Source: a virus. Taken from it: DNA of 64,000 nt. Positions within the stretch are counted from its first letter, which is position 1, and every line of letters begins with the position of its first letter. The stretch lies in the IMG/VR virus record IMGVR_UViG_3300031227_000013; one strand, given 5' to 3'. This document shows, piece by piece, positions 34,630 to 44,008 of this stretch. The translations under genes were made by a program, and so were the position numbers. Below the pieces are notes generated by a model, which was given only the letters and a program-made list of their open reading frames with translations, did not search any database and had not been told where the DNA came from.

Positions 34630-35733
34630 TTACTGTGCATTAGCAAACCTCTGACTATATGGAAGTCTGTTCGGGTCTGTAAACTGTATTTGATCTTTAG
34701 GTATCAGATTCTGTACACCTGTAGGCCACGAAGCGTTACCCCATCCTCCCTGTGTTTGATCTACATTAGACATACGTGGGCCTATCCCTGTCATGGAACC
34801 TTGGGGCTGGAAAGGAGGCTTAGGAGGTATGAAAATATTATTTGTGGATGCCTGAGGGAACATCGGATTAGGTCTATTCATCATTCCACCCATACCGAAG
34901 CTGGAAGCTGTAGGTGTCTGCCAGTCACCGTGCCCCTGTAGTGCCCCATATAGCTGAGAAGAGGACATCGCAGGAGAAGCTTTATCTAAAGCCTCACTCC
35001 TATTATGCATATACCCTGCATAAGCTCTGTCTTCAGGTCTCGGGTACATTCTATTTGCCCGTGTAGGATTAGACTGATTCATAGCATAATTACGGACATG
35101 TCCTTTAGCTATTAGTTGTCTCTGCTTTGCCCAGGCATCCTGCATCTGTTTATATTTATCCTGCTCCTGTGTTTGTTTAAGTTGGGTCTTATCGAGCTGC
35201 GCCTGTCCCATCCCTGTGCCTATACCTGCGTCATTAGTAGGACGCATTTTTGCGATATCTTCTTTTATTTTAGATTCATTACTACTATATTCAGGAGCAG
35301 TGGGAGACTCCTGTTTATCTCTTAAGCCAGAATGAGATTGATCCATAGAACCCAGACCGGGAGTGTCTTTCTGCCAAGGATTAACCAGCCCGTATGCGGC
35401 TTTGGATGGGTCCTTAGGTGGTTTTTTACGTTTATTTACAGTTACAGGATTAGGGCTTGTATCTTTAACAGGATCTGTACGAGGGCTATATCTTTCAGGT
35501 TTATCACCTACAAAAGACTGAACATTGTGTTTAGATGAAGGGGTGCCTCCTGTAGAAGTAGTACGTCTACCTTCCGTCTGTATACCCGGACGACTGTATC
35601 TACTTCCTCTAAGGTGTCTGGATATATTACTTCTAGAGGGCTTAACTCTTTTTGTTGTTCTTGCTCCGCTGTTAAAACTACTTAAAGATTTACCCAAAGC
35701 TGTCTTTTCTAAATATTTTAATAAATAACTCAT
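34630..35733 (-). CDS. Low-complexity, probably disordered protein with N-terminal LEKTA motif
   Basis: 367 aa, Pro/Gly/Gln/Ser-rich; starts MSYLLKYLEKTA. Confidence 0.7.
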   Translation of the reverse strand: MSYLLKYLEKTALGKSLSSFNSGARTTKRVKPSRSNISRHLRGSRYSRPGIQTEGRRTTSTGGTPSSKHNVQSFVGDKPERYSPRTDPVKDTSPNPVTVNKRKKPPKDPSKAAYGLVNPWQKDTPGLGSMDQSHSGLRDKQESPTAPEYSSNESKIKEDIAKMRPTNDAGIGTGMGQAQLDKTQLKQTQEQDKYKQMQDAWAKQRQLIAKGHVRNYAMNQSNPTRANRMYPRPEDRAYAGYMHNRSEALDKASPAMSSSQLYGALQGHGDWQTPTASSFGMGGMMNRPNPMFPQASTNNIFIPPKPPFQPQGSMTGIGPRMSNVDQTQGGWGNASWPTGVQNLIPKDQIQFTDPNRLPYSQRFANAQ

Positions 35734-35741
35734 TTTATCTC

Positions 35742-36767
35742 CTATATAACTCTACTAGCTTTTCTAGCGGACCAAAGTGCTTGTTTATATTTATTCTGAC
35801 TATTAAAATCAATATCCTGTACTCTATCGGAATATCTTTTCCCTAATGTTTTACCTGCTACTCCAAATTCAAGGGCTATTATAGGGGCTACATATTTCAA
35901 TTTATCCATTTCAGTAACTGTTTTTCCATATTTGCTTTTTATACCCTTCTGTACAATTTTATTAACTTTAGCTAAAGATTTACCCGGAGCCACCCAGGCT
36001 GCTCCCATAGCCGGGGCCATATTTACAGTATTAAAAAGATCAGCCGCTTTTCTACCAGTCTCACCTACTGTGGCATCCAGACCTCCCTTAACATTTTTGT
36101 AAATCGGAGCTACCTTACCTATTGTGTTTTTATATAGGGGCCTACTTTGCCTAGCTAACTGTGCTGTATGGGCCTTGTTACTGCTTTCTATTGTCTTTAA
36201 TAAAGATTTAGCTACTCTATTACTTTTACCGGTAGTAAACTTAATAGCTTCCCCTGCTGCTATAACAGCTTCGTTACCCTTCTGAAGACCTGCTAAATCC
36301 GTCATGTATTTAGCATAGTCATCCATCTTACCAGACTTCTTAGCAATAACTGCCATCTCCTTAAGCTTGGGTATTCTAGCTGCCAGGATACCTTTTCTCA
36401 ACTTAGTTGCCCTTCTAAGAATAGGCACTGCCTGTGCGACTTTACCTGCCTTTAGTAATCTGGAAGCATGTGCTGCTAATTTAGTAGCTTTACCCAGAGA
36501 CTTAAGTGCCCAGCCCGACCCAGTGGCTGTACCTACTAGATCTATAGCCGTCCAGCCCACATCTCTCCAAGCTTGTTTACTATTACCCTGAGAGAAATTA
36601 CGAATAGCTGACTTACCACTTTTATATGCGTCGTACGCACTCCAGAGCATCATTGCGGTAAATGCGGCAGCTGTCGCTGAAGCTATTATAGCTTCTTTAT
36701 CTATAGAGGCTTCTTTATCTATACCTTCGGAAAGAGTAGTATATAAATATGTTTTTTGAGTAGGCAT
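35742..36767 (-). CDS. Basic, Ala-rich protein with IDKEA x2 motif and a hydrophobic helix
   Basis: 341 aa; EGIDKEASIDKEAII followed by a TM-like segment. Confidence 0.7.
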   Translation of the reverse strand: MPTQKTYLYTTLSEGIDKEASIDKEAIIASATAAAFTAMMLWSAYDAYKSGKSAIRNFSQGNSKQAWRDVGWTAIDLVGTATGSGWALKSLGKATKLAAHASRLLKAGKVAQAVPILRRATKLRKGILAARIPKLKEMAVIAKKSGKMDDYAKYMTDLAGLQKGNEAVIAAGEAIKFTTGKSNRVAKSLLKTIESSNKAHTAQLARQSRPLYKNTIGKVAPIYKNVKGGLDATVGETGRKAADLFNTVNMAPAMGAAWVAPGKSLAKVNKIVQKGIKSKYGKTVTEMDKLKYVAPIIALEFGVAGKTLGKRYSDRVQDIDFNSQNKYKQALWSARKASRVI

Positions 36768-36778
36768 TCTGAATATAT

Positions 36779-37339
36779 CTAGGCCACTTGTTTATCAGCT
36801 AAAAGTTTCAAAATTTTATCCTTATTATCTTTATGTGTCAGAGGATTATCTCTCAAAGCTCCATATAAAGAACCAGCTGTTCCTCCTGCCACTCCACCAG
36901 CTACTGCGCCAACACCACCATGTAAAGCCCCACTTAATAAAGCAGCAATGAGCTTAGTTTTTAAATCTTGGTTAGTTAAAGCTTCGTAGTCCCAGCCCTG
37001 TTTAGCGCCATGCCCGAAGCCTAATCCGCCCCCTGCTAATGCGCCTATACCTGCTCCTTTAGCTCCTTCTGTAACTCCTCCTCTTAAAGACCTATATAAA
37101 AGTCCAGGATCTACTAATCTACTCGCACCATAAGCTGCACTTCCAGCAGTATTACCAGCAGCTTTTCCAGCTGACCCAATAACTCCTGCCGCTGTAGAAC
37201 CTACAGAACCTATGTCTGAAGCAATTTGCCTATAAGCATCTCCACGCTCTGATATTTCCTCATCAAAACTTCTAGCTCGTTTTTCCATACGCCATAAAAT
37301 TGCTTCTTTTAATGCTTTAGTACTCATTTTTAACTCCAT
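36779..37339 (-). CDS. Glycine-zipper protein with MEKRA motif
   Basis: Repeated GxxxG/AxxxG helices. Confidence 0.7.
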   Translation of the reverse strand: MELKMSTKALKEAILWRMEKRARSFDEEISERGDAYRQIASDIGSVGSTAAGVIGSAGKAAGNTAGSAAYGASRLVDPGLLYRSLRGGVTEGAKGAGIGALAGGGLGFGHGAKQGWDYEALTNQDLKTKLIAALLSGALHGGVGAVAGGVAGGTAGSLYGALRDNPLTHKDNKDKILKLLADKQVA

Positions 37340-37352
37340 TGTTTATTATTTA

Positions 37353-37373
37353 AAAAGTCTACCATGGTAGAAA
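37353..37373. repeat. Palindromic-core motif, copy 3 of 4 (inverted)
   Basis: AAAAGTCTACCATGGTAGAAA, upstream of the 36779 ORF. Confidence 0.8.
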
Positions 37374-37447
37374 GTGTGGTAGAAAAATTCTATATACTTT
37401 AATATAGCTAAAAAAACAGCTAAATACAATAAAGGAAAGAGCTGTTT

Positions 37448-37663
37448 TTATTTAATAGATTTAGATTCTTTTCTTTTTCTCCAATCCATCCATATATTAT
37501 ACATTTTAAAATTATGGGAAGAGTAAAGACACTCACAACATTCCATTGAATTGCATTTAAGTGATTCATATACATTGCGTATTTCATTACATCTATTTAT
37601 ATATCCCCTACGAATATAATCATCTCTTAGAAAGGGGATATATAAATCCTGGAATGTATCCAT
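37448..37663 (-). CDS. Distant family B member
   Basis: MDTFQDL...C...CNSMECCECLY...MYNIWMDW. Confidence 0.6.
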   Translation of the reverse strand: MDTFQDLYIPFLRDDYIRRGYINRCNEIRNVYESLKCNSMECCECLYSSHNFKMYNIWMDWRKRKESKSIK

Positions 37664-37896
37664 TATCTTTCATCCTTCATAATTTCCTTATATATATCAT
37701 ACCAGACTTTATCTCCCTGAGGAGACGTATCCCACATAAAATAATTCTGAAGAAAACTAGATAAGAAAACCATCTTAGTTTTTAAAAGACCAGTCTCATA
37801 ATTTTCCAACCAGTTACCTTCTTTATAATATCTGTGTTCCCTTAACCATTTTACTAATTCTTTTTTACCATACTTAATTACCTTAACCTTCTTCAT
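37663..37896 (-). CDS. Hypothetical protein
   Basis: 77-aa ORF; F.WD.SPQG..VW motif. Confidence 0.55.
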   Translation of the reverse strand: MKKVKVIKYGKKELVKWLREHRYYKEGNWLENYETGLLKTKMVFLSSFLQNYFMWDTSPQGDKVWYDIYKEIMKDER

Positions 37897-38107
37897 TATT
37901 CATCCTTTCCTGCCAGCCCTTCCATTTTTTATACATTTTTGTATTATGTTTTGAATATAAACAATTATCACAATTAACAATAACCACAGATACAGAGCAG
38001 AGAGTGCTGTTAGGTTCTCCAGTACAATATCCGGTACCCCCGAATAATTCTTTATCCCAGACAGGTATAACCAGCCCCTGAAACTTTTCCTCTTTTAATT
38101 TATTCAT
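37883..38107 (-). CDS. Distant family B member
   Basis: KFQGLVI...C...C...CDNCLY...MYKKWKGWQER. Confidence 0.6.
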   Translation of the reverse strand: MNKLKEEKFQGLVIPVWDKELFGGTGYCTGEPNSTLCSVSVVIVNCDNCLYSKHNTKMYKKWKGWQERMNNEEG

Positions 38108-38189
38108 TTAACTCCTTAAAATAAAATTATATTAGCTTGCTTTTCTTACGTACGGATATATATTATACAAACAACAAAAGGAGAACACT

Positions 38190-38717
38190 ATGGACACACC
38201 CATAGGACTGGTACCTCTGGTACTGACAATGAAGAACGGAACAAAGTTAACCGTTAACGAGAGCGAGGAATTACGAATCAATGATTCCGAACCCACCCCC
38301 GAAGAAATTATAGAATTTCTTAAGGACTTCGCCAAGGACAGTGCCTCTTCCGAGCCTGTACAGCCTTCAGAAGAACAGACAAAAGCTATTCAGGATCTGA
38401 TATGCTCAGAGAAAGAGATGGCTGATAAATATGATGTGCCTTCGTATGCATATGCGGAAGACCCTTTTATCATAGTACATCCTAAAGGCTACGCTTCCTT
38501 TACTATCCGCGCATCCAGAATACAGGAGCTTAACGGGTCTTACAGTGATGTACCTGCTAGAATATGGGTACAGGATCTGCATAAGAAGAAAGAAAGTGCC
38601 ATACTAGTTATTGAAGATGACGAACACGCCCGTATAGTTAAATTACTTACAGGTTTTATATCTGTCGTAGACGTTAAACCTCTTGACTTTATTCCTAAAG
38701 AAATAGTAACTGCCTAG
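38190..38717 (+). CDS. Hypothetical protein; the only convincing plus-strand gene
   Basis: 175 aa, AAGGAG RBS, occupies a gap between minus-strand genes, followed by a terminator. Confidence 0.75.
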   Translation: MDTPIGLVPLVLTMKNGTKLTVNESEELRINDSEPTPEEIIEFLKDFAKDSASSEPVQPSEEQTKAIQDLICSEKEMADKYDVPSYAYAEDPFIIVHPKGYASFTIRASRIQELNGSYSDVPARIWVQDLHKKKESAILVIEDDEHARIVKLLTGFISVVDVKPLDFIPKEIVTA

Positions 38718-38723
38718 TAGTTT

Positions 38724-38753
38724 AAAAGAGGGGGCATGTCCCCCTCTTTTTTT
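38724..38753. terminator. Bidirectional intrinsic terminator between convergent genes
   Basis: AAAAGAGGGGG-CATGT-CCCCCTCTTTT. Confidence 0.8.
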
Positions 38754-38906
38754 ATTTCTCTAATAACTCTTTCGGAATCTCCGCCGTCAAGTCCCCCTCT
38801 TCAACACTTTTCTCAGCCCTTCTCAACGCATTCATCAGCATCCGCTGATCACGCATCTCAGACTCAATAATACGATCTATTATTTCCCGCTCACTCATAT
38901 TTCTCC

Positions 38907-39326
38907 TTATGTAACAGCTATATCGTTATCGTTAAAATGTCTGTCCTGCTTAAGATAGTCCTCCATAACATAGTTAGGACAATCATCCACCACATCCGTT
39001 ATGTCAAGTTTATTATTATTGAACTCCTGATTGTATATCAAAACAGCTTTCATAAGTATAAAACAATCAGAGGGATTTATAATAAATCCATATTTATGCT
39101 CAAGTTCACTCTCACTCTTAGCTACGTATATTGTCATACAATTGTAATCATCATACGATATATATTCATCCGGATCATGTTCCCATACAAAATTAACAGT
39201 CCGTGTCCCTATATCTATACGTCTACGCGGGAAATCTCTAAACCTGTTCTGTCTGGAAGTATATATTGTACAGTTATTCTTACTCCACTTCTCAAAAGAT
39301 ATATGATAGTAGTTTTTAAGCTTCAC
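38907..39326 (-). CDS. Family C hypothetical protein
   Basis: Shares YxSxxK start and YNxxFNNNKLxxTDV end with ORFs 40466 and 40831. Confidence 0.6.
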   Translation of the reverse strand: MKLKNYYHISFEKWSKNNCTIYTSRQNRFRDFPRRRIDIGTRTVNFVWEHDPDEYISYDDYNCMTIYVAKSESELEHKYGFIINPSDCFILMKAVLIYNQEFNNNKLDITDVVDDCPNYVMEDYLKQDRHFNDNDIAVT

Positions 39327-39347
39327 TCAGTTTTTCTCCTCATAATT

Positions 39348-39378
39348 AAAGGAAGGGGGAATTTATCCCCCCTTCCTT
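39348..39378 (-). terminator. Intrinsic terminator
   Basis: AAAGGAAGGGGGA-ATTTA-TCCCCCTTCCTTT. Confidence 0.7.
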
Positions 39379-39687
39379 TTACAACTCCTGCATAATAGTA
39401 ACCAGAGCCTCTTCTTCTTCCTTTAAAATAAGTGCCTGATGTTTGATATTCATAACATCTTTTATCTGAGAAGCAAGATTCCCTCTAAGTTCAAGGGTGG
39501 AATGTCCTTTACAGTGTATACTTAAATGACTATTCCAATTTCCTCCGATAATCTTAATAGTAACTTTTCCACAGGAAGCTCTGTTCCCACCATATCCCCA
39601 CTGTTTATATTCCATGGAGTCCAATATCTGCTTTGTTAATATTTTCTTTTGTTCATCTGTCATAATTCCATTCGCTCCTTTAACCAT
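39379..39687 (-). CDS. Hypothetical protein
   Basis: 102-aa ORF; likely start MTDEQKK. Confidence 0.55.
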   Translation of the reverse strand: MVKGANGIMTDEQKKILTKQILDSMEYKQWGYGGNRASCGKVTIKIIGGNWNSHLSIHCKGHSTLELRGNLASQIKDVMNIKHQALILKEEEEALVTIMQEL

Positions 39688-40432
39688 TTAGGTATTTTGA
39701 TTATTTTATTTTCTTCGTCGAGAACACAGGGAGACTTAGGGAACCATTTCTTCCCGCAGAATCCAGTCTCGATATACCACGCTTTAGTCGTGGCTGATAC
39801 TATCTGTTGATAAGCTACCTTTACCGGAGTACGATAATTATCCGCGTCTTTATCCGATAACTGCTCTATCTTCTTAGTAACACACTCCTCAGCGAGTTCT
39901 TCCCAGGACACTGGTCTGTACCCGTGAACATCTGTTCCGACGTTCAGAGCCATCCCGGGGTGTCTAAACGGGCTGTTGTGTGTATGTCCATGGAAATGCC
40001 AGCCACCTCTGTTACTACCGCGCCAGCTATACATGGGGTAATGACACAATGCTACTCCCTGTCCTTTTACATTGATGTCCTTTATACCGGCATATACCTC
40101 TGTAAATGAGCTATACACATCCTGAGACATCTTATCATGGTTACCCAGAATAAGAATCTTCTTACCATTCACAGCCTGTATAAAACGGGAATGATTCTTC
40201 CAGGCAAAATCGCCCAGAATATATACCATATCTTTCCTACCTACAACATCATTCCAATTATCTACCAATGCTGCGTCCATCTCGTTTGTACGCCTTTCTT
40301 TAATCTCATCACTTGCCCACCAGCCCTTCCCGTCTACATCGCCTTCCTGCAGCCATGGTCTATGACAGTGGATAAGTATACTTGGATGTGAGAAATGCGT
40401 TACGTGTCCGACGTAAAATAGATATCGGACAT
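39660..40432 (-). CDS. Calcineurin-like metallophosphoesterase, first motif interrupted by a 5-nt insert (bypass, pseudogene or error)
   Basis: MSDIYFTSDT + TAACG + HFSH...; downstream LGDF, ILGNHD, LCHYP and HGHTH motifs intact; 773-5 = 768 nt in frame. Confidence 0.8.
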
Positions 40433-40465
40433 ATGGCATCACCCCCTTTTCTTATGTTTGTCTGG

Positions 40466-40834
40466 TTACCGCCTTAATGAAAAATCATTGTCCCAGACAT
40501 CAGTCATTTTTAATTTATTATTAGAATAATAATTATTAAACTCGAATACAACTTTCTTTATATATTTAAAATCTTTCTCTTTTATTATCATAAGTTTATC
40601 ACCCCTTGTTAATTGCTCGTCTGCTAACATAGGAATAACTAATTTATATTCATTAGGGGCCTTTCTAATATGTAATTTACTCTCTACCGATCCCATTATG
40701 ATTATAGTCTTCCCACATATCTCCCATATAAAAGGATTGGGATGCAACGGTGAATTAAGTGGATATGTCCGTTCGTCCAGACGCACTATAACTCCGTCAG
40801 GTATCTTTTTATAAGACATGTATATGTAATTCAT
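40466..40834 (-). CDS. Family C hypothetical protein
   Basis: MNYIYMSY...FNNYYSNNKLKMTDVWDND. Confidence 0.65.
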   Translation of the reverse strand: MNYIYMSYKKIPDGVIVRLDERTYPLNSPLHPNPFIWEICGKTIIIMGSVESKLHIRKAPNEYKLVIPMLADEQLTRGDKLMIIKEKDFKYIKKVVFEFNNYYSNNKLKMTDVWDNDFSLRR

Positions 40835-41241
40835 GTTGTCTCCTCGGGCTGTACTGTAAAATTGTAGTGTTTAAATACATTCTCTAGCTTATTATCGTTA
40901 TTCCAGACATCCTCATTTAGTACCTTATTATTAGAATGTTTATTATTATATGCTGTCACCACATTCTTAACAAATGGAAAACATACTTTAGATACCAAAA
41001 CTGAATTACCAAAACCCCTATCTAAACGCCGAGGTACCTGTATAAGATACCTATTACTAACCATACTGTACTTTACACGAAAATGTCTATCAGCCTCATA
41101 CAGTTTTATATTCCAATCGCCGCATGCATAATAGAAATGAGTATTAGTTGTGGAATTAGGAAACATTCTGGGGGATTTCTCATCCACACGGATCATCACT
41201 CCTCCGGAAACATTATAATAAGACATGTATAAGTAATTCAT
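40831..41241 (-). CDS. Family C hypothetical protein
   Basis: MNYLYMSY...YNNKHSNNKVLNEDVWNND. Confidence 0.65.
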   Translation of the reverse strand: MNYLYMSYYNVSGGVMIRVDEKSPRMFPNSTTNTHFYYACGDWNIKLYEADRHFRVKYSMVSNRYLIQVPRRLDRGFGNSVLVSKVCFPFVKNVVTAYNNKHSNNKVLNEDVWNNDNKLENVFKHYNFTVQPEETT

Positions 41242-41384
41242 AAATATCTCAATAATCTAACTACCACCCAGGCCACCTTTGTCAGCTCTTTAATAGCAAA
41301 CGTAATTTCTTTCCATAATTCAGATTTTGTCAGCTCTTTAAAGGTGAACGTAATTTCTTCCCATATTACTTTTAATTTTTTCAT
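41238..41384 (-). CDS. 48-aa peptide with an internal 16-aa repeat
   Basis: MKKLKVIWEEITFTFKELTKSELWKEITFAIKELTKVAWVVVRLLRYL; AAGG RBS, ATGA overlap. Confidence 0.5.
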   Translation of the reverse strand: MKKLKVIWEEITFTFKELTKSELWKEITFAIKELTKVAWVVVRLLRYL

Positions 41385-41420
41385 TCAACCTTCCTTTTAA
41401 TAGTTATATCTATAAAATAC

Positions 41421-41453
41421 AAAACCCCCGGAGTTAATAGCTTCCGGGGGTTT
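41421..41453 (-). terminator. Intrinsic terminator
   Basis: AAACCCCCGGA...TCCGGGGGTTT with T run. Confidence 0.75.
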
Positions 41454-41465
41454 AAACAAATACTA

Positions 41466-42410
41466 TCAGCCTGTATTTACAGTGGCCTGCCCTGCATGCG
41501 GAATACGATATTCATTATTCAGCACGTACATCATACAATCATTCAGGTCACCCAACCTACCTTCCCGTTTTACCGCTTCAATACAGCAGTTACAGTCGTG
41601 ATCGACTTTAAGCTGGTGCGGATTTAATCCGGTAACAACATTGAACCTGTCATACATAGCGTTCCATATAAGCGATCCGTCCATTTCTTTGATACCTAAG
41701 GCACGGGCATATGCCGCACTATGCTTCACTATCATAGAATGTATTTCAGACTTAGTCCTGTGCATCTTCACTCTTGCTTTCAGAGGAGGACTCATACTGA
41801 AAAGTACCCGTTGTTCTTCCAGCCCTGTATTTATAGCCATCAGGTCTTCATTCTCCTTAAGAACAGCTTTTACAAACCCCAGTATCAAACCCTGTAGTTC
41901 CTCAATATGCTCTACAGCAGTTTTATTAGCTTTAACAGTTTCAGAAGGTACTGAAGGTTCCGGAGCTACTACATTGTCCTGGAAGTCCAGTTGGGGCTGG
42001 ATCATTTCTTTACTTTCCTCTTTAGCGGCGTCGGCAATATCCGTATCCACCAGCATACCTAATTTACTACTGTAATGAGTGAACCGTTTCAGTAATACTC
42101 TATCAGCCTCATCCAACCATACTGATCGCAGTCTGTCCTTACGATTATTCATAACTCTTGTCCATATCATTTCAATAATATCCAAAGGCAGGATACCTGT
42201 TCTTACACATTCTTTTCCACCTTCATATCTAACAAAGACAGACACAGATACAACATCCCGCCTAAGTCTTCTCTTCATAACACTGGGAGCAAAATAAGGC
42301 GATCCCACATCTCTGTTTAACTCTTCTGATATTATGTATTTAACTTTTTTGTACGTGAATGTATACACGGACATTCCAAAAATTTTACATTTCCTGACTT
42401 TGTACTTCAT
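41466..42410 (-). CDS. Putative antirepressor-like DNA-binding protein (ORF6C-like C-terminus)
   Basis: Central coiled coil; C-terminal IWNAMYDRFNVVTG...IEAVKREGRL pattern. Confidence 0.45.
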   Translation of the reverse strand: MKYKVRKCKIFGMSVYTFTYKKVKYIISEELNRDVGSPYFAPSVMKRRLRRDVVSVSVFVRYEGGKECVRTGILPLDIIEMIWTRVMNNRKDRLRSVWLDEADRVLLKRFTHYSSKLGMLVDTDIADAAKEESKEMIQPQLDFQDNVVAPEPSVPSETVKANKTAVEHIEELQGLILGFVKAVLKENEDLMAINTGLEEQRVLFSMSPPLKARVKMHRTKSEIHSMIVKHSAAYARALGIKEMDGSLIWNAMYDRFNVVTGLNPHQLKVDHDCNCCIEAVKREGRLGDLNDCMMYVLNNEYRIPHAGQATVNTG

Positions 42411-42437
42411 ACTCGATTTCCTTTGTAAGTTGTTTTT

Positions 42438-42665
42438 TTATTCCCCCGAAGAGGATGAAAGACCGGCCTTCTGTATAGTGCCCATGGACAACCCGGTTAA
42501 TTTCTCCATGAAACATTCCTCGCAGTAAAGTTCCCCCTTCTTTGTCTTTACCGCATTTTCATATTCAGACAGCTTATTGGTTACAGCTATTCTTGAATAC
42601 CCCTCCCTGCCGCATTGCTTACAGCAGGGACCTGATATAACTATCTCTGTTTTTGTATCAGCCAT
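42438..42665 (-). CDS. Small zinc-finger-like protein
   Basis: CKQC...CEEC. Confidence 0.55.
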   Translation of the reverse strand: MADTKTEIVISGPCCKQCGREGYSRIAVTNKLSEYENAVKTKKGELYCEECFMEKLTGLSMGTIQKAGLSSSSGE

Positions 42666-42688
42666 GTTACGCTATGCGCTCCACATAT

Positions 42689-42976
42689 TTAATTATCTAC
42701 TACATTTTCTACCATGGTAGACTTTTCAGTTTCCAGTATCTGGATAGATCTTTGTACTCTATCCCGGGACATTCTCAGTGAAATAACTGATTTAATAAGA
42801 TGCTCCATATCAATACTGTCTACTGAACTGTATTTTTCGAGCAGAGGATCTATAAAATGCTCTGTCTCCAATACTATGTCCGGTCCGGGATCTGTAATAT
42901 CCCCCAGATTACCGAACAGTCTTTTTTGATTCTTCATATTCTTTACCAGCAGGACGTCCTGAACCACGCATACCAT
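42689..42976 (-). CDS. Hypothetical protein (contains copy 4 of the 23-bp palindromic motif at 42704-42726)
   Basis: 95-aa ORF; the motif encodes EKSTMVEN. Confidence 0.5.
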   Translation of the reverse strand: MVCVVQDVLLVKNMKNQKRLFGNLGDITDPGPDIVLETEHFIDPLLEKYSSVDSIDMEHLIKSVISLRMSRDRVQRSIQILETEKSTMVENVVDN

Positions 42977-43048
42977 CCCGACTTCCTTTAGGTTTAGTAG
43001 AACTTCCTACTGTTCGTTCGTCTCTTTTTACATCTTTACAACTCATTA

Positions 43049-43261
43049 TTATTCTCCAAAGTATTCCATTAGATCTCCAACTGTCTGCATATCCGCAAGA
43101 TCATGAAAACCATATTCATTACCAGACATTCTGGCTACATCTTTAAATATTGCTAACCAATCTTCATCCGATATTTTCAGAGCATCCAGATTTCTATCCA
43201 GAGTTATATTCTCCGGATCTATAGGGGATGCATCTACCAACGCTTGATGAACGCCATTCAT
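43049..43261 (-). CDS. Acyl-carrier-protein-like small acidic protein
   Basis: ITLDRNLDALKISDEDW...MQTVGDLMEY matches the ACP helix pattern. Confidence 0.5.
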   Translation of the reverse strand: MNGVHQALVDASPIDPENITLDRNLDALKISDEDWLAIFKDVARMSGNEYGFHDLADMQTVGDLMEYFGE

Positions 43262-43485
43262 TTTAAATCCCTTTAATGTAAATAACTTCTGTTACCAGCT
43301 AAAACAAGCGTTTTCCCTTTTCGGGAAAAGCTCAGTAAAAGAAGTTGTTTTTATTGATTTGACTGTAATACTATTATAATACCCATTTTTCTTAACATAT
43401 TTTCGTCCTGTATTCATAAGCGTACTCCTAGTTAAGTTATTGTTAAATGGTGGAGACTCTAATTAGTCCCCATTATAAAAATAAT

Positions 43486-43935
43486 TTACTTCTTTCTTAT
43501 CACACTTTCAAATATTGGAAAGGTAGTAACTTCTTTTAGCAGTGTTTCGTCGTACAGCATAACAAGACTATTCAATGCTTCGTGAACAACCTTCTCCCAC
43601 TTACTATTATCCACTTTACCTTCTTTTACACACTCTTCACAGAACGTATAAAACTTGTTTATTAAATGTATTTCCACAGCTTCGTGGACTGCTTCATATC
43701 TTATTCGTGTATCTGATATTTCTCTAGGCCATTCCGGAGACAGATAGATTAAAATTTTCTGACTGTCCTCGTAGATAATACTTCCCGCCAGATGTGTACT
43801 ATCCAGATCCGGCGGTTTTTCAAAAGCGAATGTTATAGGAGCATTTCTTATCCCCAATAAACTCAGAACCTTTTCGCACTCCTCTACAAATAGTCTGAAA
43901 TCATCCTCTTTTAGATAATACTTTTTATACTTCAA
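43486..43935 (-). CDS. Putative zincin-like protein
   Basis: YEAVHEAVEIHL (HExxE-type) after a beta-rich segment. Confidence 0.45.
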   Translation of the reverse strand: MKYKKYYLKEDDFRLFVEECEKVLSLLGIRNAPITFAFEKPPDLDSTHLAGSIIYEDSQKILIYLSPEWPREISDTRIRYEAVHEAVEIHLINKFYTFCEECVKEGKVDNSKWEKVVHEALNSLVMLYDETLLKEVTTFPIFESVIRKK

Positions 43936-44008
43936 GTTCTTCCTTTCTTTTAGTTTGTTCCTCTATAGAGTATTAAAAAAACCCCGTGTCGCTCCGGGGT
44001 TTACATTG

